Shown here piece by piece: positions 27,382 to 32,000 of a stretch of DNA of 32,000 nucleotides (positions are counted from its first letter, which is position 1; each line of letters begins with the position of its first letter). The stretch lies in the NCBI RefSeq assembly GCF_042660085.1, contig NZ_JBHSTI010000008.1, forward strand, positions 1,080,001 through 1,112,000. Reading direction: 5' to 3'. The notes beneath the pieces were generated by a model. The model did not search any database. It saw only the letters and a list, made by a program, of their open reading frames with translations, and was not told where the DNA came from. The stretch comes from Longivirga aurantiaca. Its GTDB lineage: Bacteria > Actinomycetota > Actinomycetes > S36-B12 > CAIYMF01. The position numbers were made by a program, and so were the translations under genes.

Positions 27382-29151
27382 CTAGACGAGAACCTTCGCC
27401 ACCACCACGAGCCGCACGTAGCGCACGTCGACCTCGTTCGGCGCGGGGTACCACTGGTTACCGACGCCGAAGCCGAAGGTGACGCGTCGCGTCGACGAGA
27501 CGAACCCCGCCCCCGGCGACGACACCATCGAGATCCAGCGCCCCGTCGTCGCCCTGATGTCCAACGCGTTCGACACCCAGCTCGCGCCGCCGACGCGGTC
27601 GATCCATCCATAGCCGCGCGCGACAGGCATGTAGCCGTTGTGGCCGTGCGTGTGCCCGTAGACCTGCAGCGTGAGCTTGCTGTAGGACACCGCGGACGGG
27701 AGGACTGCCGAGAACGAGCCCTCGACCCACTGCGGCCCGGTCTTCCTGATGTCGCAGTTGTTGTAGAACCACGCGCCCGTGACGCCGTACGTCGACGTCC
27801 TGACCGCCGCGCAGGTGGCGCTGCGGTTCGTCGCGATCCGCTTGCTCGCCGTCAGCTGCACGTTCACGGTCTTCGTGACGAGCTTCTTGAGCGAGACCGT
27901 CACGGTGTGGGACGGCGTCGCGCGCACGTTGCCCGCCTTGTCGACGGCGGTGAGGGTCCAGCGGTACACGCCCGCAGGCACGAGGGCCCCGGCCGTGTTG
28001 CGCCCGTTCCACGCGATGCCGACCTTGCCGGCCCAACGGGTCGCTGCGATCTTCCGCACGAGCGCGTTGGTCGAGGAGCGCACGGTGAGCGTCAGTGTCG
28101 CGTTCTCGCTCAGCACCACCGTGGGCGTGAACGAGTCCTTGTAGCTGTCCGGGTACGGGTAGAAGGTCAGCCCCGCACCCACGACGGATGTGAGCGTCGG
28201 CAGCGTCGAGTCGACCACCACGGTGGTCGTGTCACTTCCCGAGAACCCGCCGCTCGTCCCGGCGATGCGGATCGTGTAGGTGCCGTTCGGCACCGCCACG
28301 CCGCCCGCGTCCTTGCCGTCCCAGGTGTAGACGTGAGTTCCAGGATTCAACGTGCCCAGCTGCACCGGACCGCGAACCACGTCCTGCGTGGCGTTCAACG
28401 CCGTCCAGGTGATGGCCTCGGCTTCGCTCAGTGTGAAGGTCGTCGTGCTGGTCTTCTTCACGCCGTTACCGTTGGGGCTGAAAGGATTCGGCGACTGCGC
28501 CGTGATGGTCGGGTGCAGGTTGGCCGTCGTGATGTTGACGTAGGCGGACTCTGCACCGCCGCAGCGATCGAGTGCAGAGCTGCACTCGCGCACCACGAGC
28601 GTGTGGTCGCCCTCGCTCAGCGTCGTCGGGTCGATCGTGGTCGTGAACGGTGCCGCGTCGTCGTACGCGACAGCGACGAAGTCAACCAGGAACGCCACGG
28701 CAGGGCTCGGCGCGGTCGCCGAGAAGCTGAAGCCGGTCGTCCCCGGAAGGACGGAACCGGACGACGGCGTCGTGATGACCGGGAGCGTGTTGGACAGCGT
28801 CACGTCGACGGTGTCGCCGTCCCAGGCGCACTCGTCCATGCTGCTGCAGTCGGTGGCCTTGATCGGCCAGCTGGCGTTCTCCCATCCCCAGGACGACCAG
28901 GAGTAGGTCACGGTGGAGCCGGCAGGCGTGAAGACGCCCATCGTCTCGCCGCCGATCTGGAGCTGCACGCGCGGTGCGGTGCTGGTGATCGAGATGGTGA
29001 CGACACCGGAGACGACCGCATCCTGTGCCGGCGACGTGATGGTGGGAACGGTGGAGGGCGCGTCGGCCCACACCGCCCCAGGGAAGACCACTCCCGTGGC
29101 GAGCAATGCGGCAGTGGTGAGACTGAGAACGAGTGCTCTGACTCTCTTCAT
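27382..29151 (-). CDS. Secreted Ig-like / FlgD-Ig-repeat protein (about 589 aa)
   Basis: Signal peptide MKRVRALVLSLTTAALLATGVVFPGAVWADA, SPNPFSPNGNGVKKTSTTTFTLSE, repeated NGTYTIRI / AGVYRWTLTAVDKAGN FlgD-like motifs, beta-rich C-terminal domain. Confidence 0.85.
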   Translation of the reverse strand: MKRVRALVLSLTTAALLATGVVFPGAVWADAPSTVPTITSPAQDAVVSGVVTISITSTAPRVQLQIGGETMGVFTPAGSTVTYSWSSWGWENASWPIKATDCSSMDECAWDGDTVDVTLSNTLPVITTPSSGSVLPGTTGFSFSATAPSPAVAFLVDFVAVAYDDAAPFTTTIDPTTLSEGDHTLVVRECSSALDRCGGAESAYVNITTANLHPTITAQSPNPFSPNGNGVKKTSTTTFTLSEAEAITWTALNATQDVVRGPVQLGTLNPGTHVYTWDGKDAGGVAVPNGTYTIRIAGTSGGFSGSDTTTVVVDSTLPTLTSVVGAGLTFYPYPDSYKDSFTPTVVLSENATLTLTVRSSTNALVRKIAATRWAGKVGIAWNGRNTAGALVPAGVYRWTLTAVDKAGNVRATPSHTVTVSLKKLVTKTVNVQLTASKRIATNRSATCAAVRTSTYGVTGAWFYNNCDIRKTGPQWVEGSFSAVLPSAVSYSKLTLQVYGHTHGHNGYMPVARGYGWIDRVGGASWVSNALDIRATTGRWISMVSSPGAGFVSSTRRVTFGFGVGNQWYPAPNEVDVRYVRLVVVAKVLV

Positions 29152-29318
29152 GGCCGTTCCCCTTCGACCGGTTTCCGGCTTCGACGCTACGCGCACCCCG
29201 GGCACCGTTGCCCGCCCACGGAACGGGATTGTCCGATGATCGGAGACCTCCGGGGTCTCGGTGATGCCGGAGGTCCCCGTGTTCGGACACAGGCAGCGAC
29301 GTCGCGCCGCGCTGCCGG

Positions 29319-29564
29319 CTATCCGGCGCGGGCGACGAGATAGTCCGACCACCCGCGCAGGGTGCGCACCTGGTCGTAGTCGTTCTCGGGCACGTCGACG
29401 CCGGTCGTCTCGTGCACCCGCTCGACCAGGGTCAGGAAGTCCAACGAGTCCAGGTCGACGGCGTCGCGCAGGTCCTCGTCGTCCGGCACGGCCTCGATGT
29501 CGATCTCGGGCGCGATCTCGGCGATGAGGTCGAGCACCGCCGCCCGCGCGTCCATGGGGTTCAC
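29319..29564 (-). CDS. Acyl carrier protein (about 81 aa; GTG start 29564 or ATG 29555)
   Basis: MDARAAVLDLIAEIAPEIDIEAVPDDEDLRDAVDLDSLDFLTLVERVHETTGVDVPENDYDQVRTLRGWSDYL; DLDSLDFL phosphopantetheine site. Start overlaps the E2 stop. Confidence 0.9.
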   Translation of the reverse strand: MNPMDARAAVLDLIAEIAPEIDIEAVPDDEDLRDAVDLDSLDFLTLVERVHETTGVDVPENDYDQVRTLRGWSDYLVARAG

Positions 29565-30967
29565 AGCTCCTCCGGCTTCTGCAGGGCGGCGTCGAGCGCC
29601 GCGAGGAATCGGCTTCCGCGGTGACCGTCGGTCACCCGGTGGTCGGCGGCGAGGGTCGCGACGACGACGGGCCGGACGGCGAGCATGCCGTCGACGGCCC
29701 ACGGCCGGTCGACGATGCGGCCGAACCCGACCAGCGCGACCTGCGGCGGGTAGATGACCCCGTGCACGAGGTCGGCCCCCTGATCGCCGAGGTTGGTGAC
29801 GGTCACCGTGGGCACGCTCATCTCCGAGCCCGTGAGCCGTCCGGCCCTGGCCCGGGTGGCGATGTCCTTGAGGCGCGCCATGAGCTCCTCGACCGTCAGC
29901 GTGTCGGCCTCGCGCAGGTTGGCGACGAGCAGACCGCCCGCACGAAGCGACACCGCGACCCCGAGGTCGACGTGCTCGTGCGGCTCGAAGTGCTCGTTGA
30001 CGTAGAACCCGTTGAGCTCCGGGACGGCGAGCAGGCAGGTGGCGGTGGCCTTGAGCAGGAGCGCAGCCGGCAGCAGCCGCTCGGACGGCGAGCGGCCCTG
30101 GTTGCGCGCCGCCAGCCAGTCCAGCGACGCCTTCAGGTCGATCGTGGTCTCGAGGTAGTAGTGCGGGATCTCCCGCTTCGACCGAGCCATGAGCGCGGCT
30201 GTCGCGGCCTGCATGGCCTCTTTGCGCTCGGCGACGCGCACGTCCGCCGACCGCCCCGCGCGTGGCGGGGCCGCCGCCCCGGATGCCGCGGGCTCGGGCA
30301 CGGCGGTCGTCGACGCGCGCTGGACGTCCTCGACGCTCACCGCACCCCGCGGCCCGGTGCCGACGAGGGAGGCGAGGTCGACGCCGAGCTGCTCGGCAAG
30401 GCGCCTCGCGCGGGGTGAGGCAGCCACGTGGGCGCCGACCCCTGCCGAGGTCGTGCGACCAGCGGGTGCAGCCGGAGCCGCGGGCACCGGGGCCGCCGGC
30501 TCGTGCGCGCTCCGGGCCTGGTCGGCGGCCCGCTCGACGTCGTGCCGCGTGACACCGCCGCCGCGGCCCGTGCCCTCGACCGCCTCGAGGTCGACGTGGA
30601 GGTCGTGCGCAAGGTGGCGCACGATCGGCGAGACGGGCGCGTGATGCGCATGCTCCGCGTGCGCTGCCGGCCCGTCCGCCGCGGGCGCCGATGCTGCGGG
30701 CTGCACCGGCGGCTCGGCGGGCGCGGTCGACGATCCGGCCCCGATGAGGGCCAGCGGCGATCCGACCGTCACCGTCGTGCCCGGCTCGACGAGCAGCCGC
30801 TCGACCACCCCGTCCTCGAAGGCCTCGATGTCGATTGCGCTCTTGACCGTGTCGATGACGGCGATGATCTGGCCGTGCGTCACGGCGTCGCCCGGACCGA
30901 CCAGCCACTCGACGAGCGTCCCCTCGGTCATGTCCGCGCCGAGCGACGGCATCCGGAACTCACCCAT
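29561..30967 (-). CDS. Dihydrolipoamide acyltransferase (E2) of a 2-oxoacid dehydrogenase complex (468 aa)
   Basis: Lipoyl domain [25 protein letters not shown], two peripheral-subunit-binding-like motifs ([27 protein letters not shown] and [27 protein letters not shown]), catalytic [15 protein letters not shown]. Confidence 0.93.
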   Translation of the reverse strand: MGEFRMPSLGADMTEGTLVEWLVGPGDAVTHGQIIAVIDTVKSAIDIEAFEDGVVERLLVEPGTTVTVGSPLALIGAGSSTAPAEPPVQPAASAPAADGPAAHAEHAHHAPVSPIVRHLAHDLHVDLEAVEGTGRGGGVTRHDVERAADQARSAHEPAAPVPAAPAAPAGRTTSAGVGAHVAASPRARRLAEQLGVDLASLVGTGPRGAVSVEDVQRASTTAVPEPAASGAAAPPRAGRSADVRVAERKEAMQAATAALMARSKREIPHYYLETTIDLKASLDWLAARNQGRSPSERLLPAALLLKATATCLLAVPELNGFYVNEHFEPHEHVDLGVAVSLRAGGLLVANLREADTLTVEELMARLKDIATRARAGRLTGSEMSVPTVTVTNLGDQGADLVHGVIYPPQVALVGFGRIVDRPWAVDGMLAVRPVVVATLAADHRVTDGHRGSRFLAALDAALQKPEEL

Positions 30968-31958
30968 CGCGGCCCACCGCCTCGTGCACCGCCGCGACGA
31001 CGCGCTCCAGGCTGGGCAGCGCGGCCTCCTCGAGGTGCTTGGCGTAGGGGATGGGCACCTCGAGGGTGCAGACGCGGCCCACCGGCGCCTCGAGGTCGTA
31101 GAAGCAGTCCTCCATGATGCGGGCCGACACCTCGGCCGACATGCCCAGCGTGCGCCAGCCCTCGTCGACGACGACCGCGCGGTGCGTGCGCGCCACCGAC
31201 TCGGCCACCGTGGCGCTGTCGAGAGGCCGCAGGACGCGCAGGTCGACGACGTCGGCGCCGATGCCCTCGGCCGCGAGGCGCTCCGCCGCGTCGAGGCACA
31301 GGCCCAGCGAGCCGCCGTACGTGACGAGCGTGATGTCGTCGCCGGCGCGCCTGATCCTGGCTCGGTCGATGTCGACCTCGGTGCCGGGTGCGGGCGCCGG
31401 GCCCTTGGCGTTGTAGAGCGATCCGTGCTCGACGATGATCACCGGATCGGGGTCGAGCAGCGCGGGCCACAGCATGCAGCGCGCGTCCTCGATCGTGGCG
31501 GGCGAGAGCACGCGCAGGCCGGGCACATGGGCGAACCAGTTCTCCAGCGAGTGCGAGTGCTGGGCCGCGAGCTGGCGCCCGCCGCCCGTGGTCATGCGCA
31601 CCACCAGCGGCACCTGGAACTGCCCGCCGCTCATGTGCAGCAGCGCCGCCGCCGTGTTGACGAGCTGGTCCATCGCGAGCATGACGAAGTTGACCGTCAT
31701 CACCTCGACGATGGGGCGCATGCCGCCCAGGGCGGCGCCGATGCCCGCGCCCACGAACGCCGACTCCGACAGCGGGGTGTCGCGCACGCGGTCCTCGCCG
31801 AACTCCTCGATCATCCCGAGGCTCACGCCGAACCCGCCGCCGTAGCGGCCGACGTCCTCTCCCATGAGGAACACTCGTTCGTCGCGCAGCATGGCCTCGC
31901 GCATGGCCTCCCGCACGGCCTCGCGGTAGGTGGTCTCCTGCACCGCGGTCTGGGTCAT
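30960..31958 (-). CDS. 2-oxoacid (pyruvate-type) dehydrogenase E1 component beta subunit (332 aa)
   Basis: [76 protein letters not shown] and C-terminal [22 protein letters not shown]. Confidence 0.93.
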   Translation of the reverse strand: MTQTAVQETTYREAVREAMREAMLRDERVFLMGEDVGRYGGGFGVSLGMIEEFGEDRVRDTPLSESAFVGAGIGAALGGMRPIVEVMTVNFVMLAMDQLVNTAAALLHMSGGQFQVPLVVRMTTGGGRQLAAQHSHSLENWFAHVPGLRVLSPATIEDARCMLWPALLDPDPVIIVEHGSLYNAKGPAPAPGTEVDIDRARIRRAGDDITLVTYGGSLGLCLDAAERLAAEGIGADVVDLRVLRPLDSATVAESVARTHRAVVVDEGWRTLGMSAEVSARIMEDCFYDLEAPVGRVCTLEVPIPYAKHLEEAALPSLERVVAAVHEAVGRDG

Positions 31959-31962
31959 GACC

Positions 31963-32000
31963 TCACCTCCCGCTCGTGACGAAGGAGAGCAGCTCGTCGA
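31963..32000 (-). CDS. C-terminal end of a probable E1-alpha gene, continuing beyond the window
   Basis: Minus strand reads ...[11 protein letters not shown] with the stop 4 nt before the E1-beta start; the position matches standard E1-alpha/E1-beta order. Partial only. Confidence 0.6.
   Translation of the reverse strand, partial: DELLSFVTSGR

Noticed and set aside
27640-29343. 567-aa plus-strand ORF opposite the secreted Ig-like protein
   Set aside because: Composition (Arg/Asp/Gly/Ala/Val/His rich) and lack of motifs mark it as a shadow ORF; the minus strand has a signal peptide and FlgD-like repeats.
30744-31979. 411-aa plus-strand ORF opposite E2/E1-beta
   Set aside because: Antisense to diagnostic E1-beta and E2 sequence; no independent support.
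1-32000. CRISPR array, rRNA, tRNA or retron-like RNA
   Set aside because: No regularly spaced repeats, no rRNA-like sequence, no complete cloverleaf and no reverse transcriptase motif ([YF]xDD context) were seen by eye.
1-32000. Transposase or integrase that could explain the island or the 6.8-kb block
   Set aside because: None of the ORFs shows DDE, HTH-rve, tyrosine-recombinase or serine-recombinase motifs; mobility is inferred only from repeats and gene remnants.

Overview
High-GC actinobacterial window dominated by an accessory or defence island (about 0.7-27.1 kb). On its right is a secreted Ig/FlgD-like protein (27.4-29.2 kb) and then a translationally coupled, minus-strand 2-oxoacid-dehydrogenase operon: E1-alpha tail, E1-beta, E2 and an acyl carrier protein (29.3-32.0 kb). 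The island holds a McrBC type IV restriction pair. It also has an HNH endonuclease with a possible SRA-like reader region, a DUF4379-like zinc-ribbon protein with a nuclease-like C-terminus, and a HEPN (Apea-like) protein. Further members are a DUF2971 protein, a HEPN/RES-type toxin-like protein, and a coupled SAM-methyltransferase + PD-(D/E)XK pair. There is also a family-1 uracil-DNA-glycosylase homologue with an extra N-terminal domain, and a two-gene cassette of unknown function (735-aa protein plus a 151-aa nuclease-like protein with an E-V-E-R core). The right part has a DUF3293 protein, a phosphorothioate-type SBD-HNH endonuclease, an ADP-ribosylglycohydrolase, a DUF4268-like nuclease, a NERD-type remnant, DUF4352 and DUF429 proteins, and an orphan Vsr. 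A diverged direct repeat of about 118 bp (19461-19577 and 26312-26430) brackets a cargo block of about 6.8 kb. A fragment of the ADP-ribosylglycohydrolase gene lies just outside the second copy. The best candidates for an undescribed system are the two-gene cassette at 15932-18610, the methyltransferase/nuclease pair at 12396-14683 and the modified UDG at 14858-15802. All family names come from reading motifs in the translations; no database search was run.
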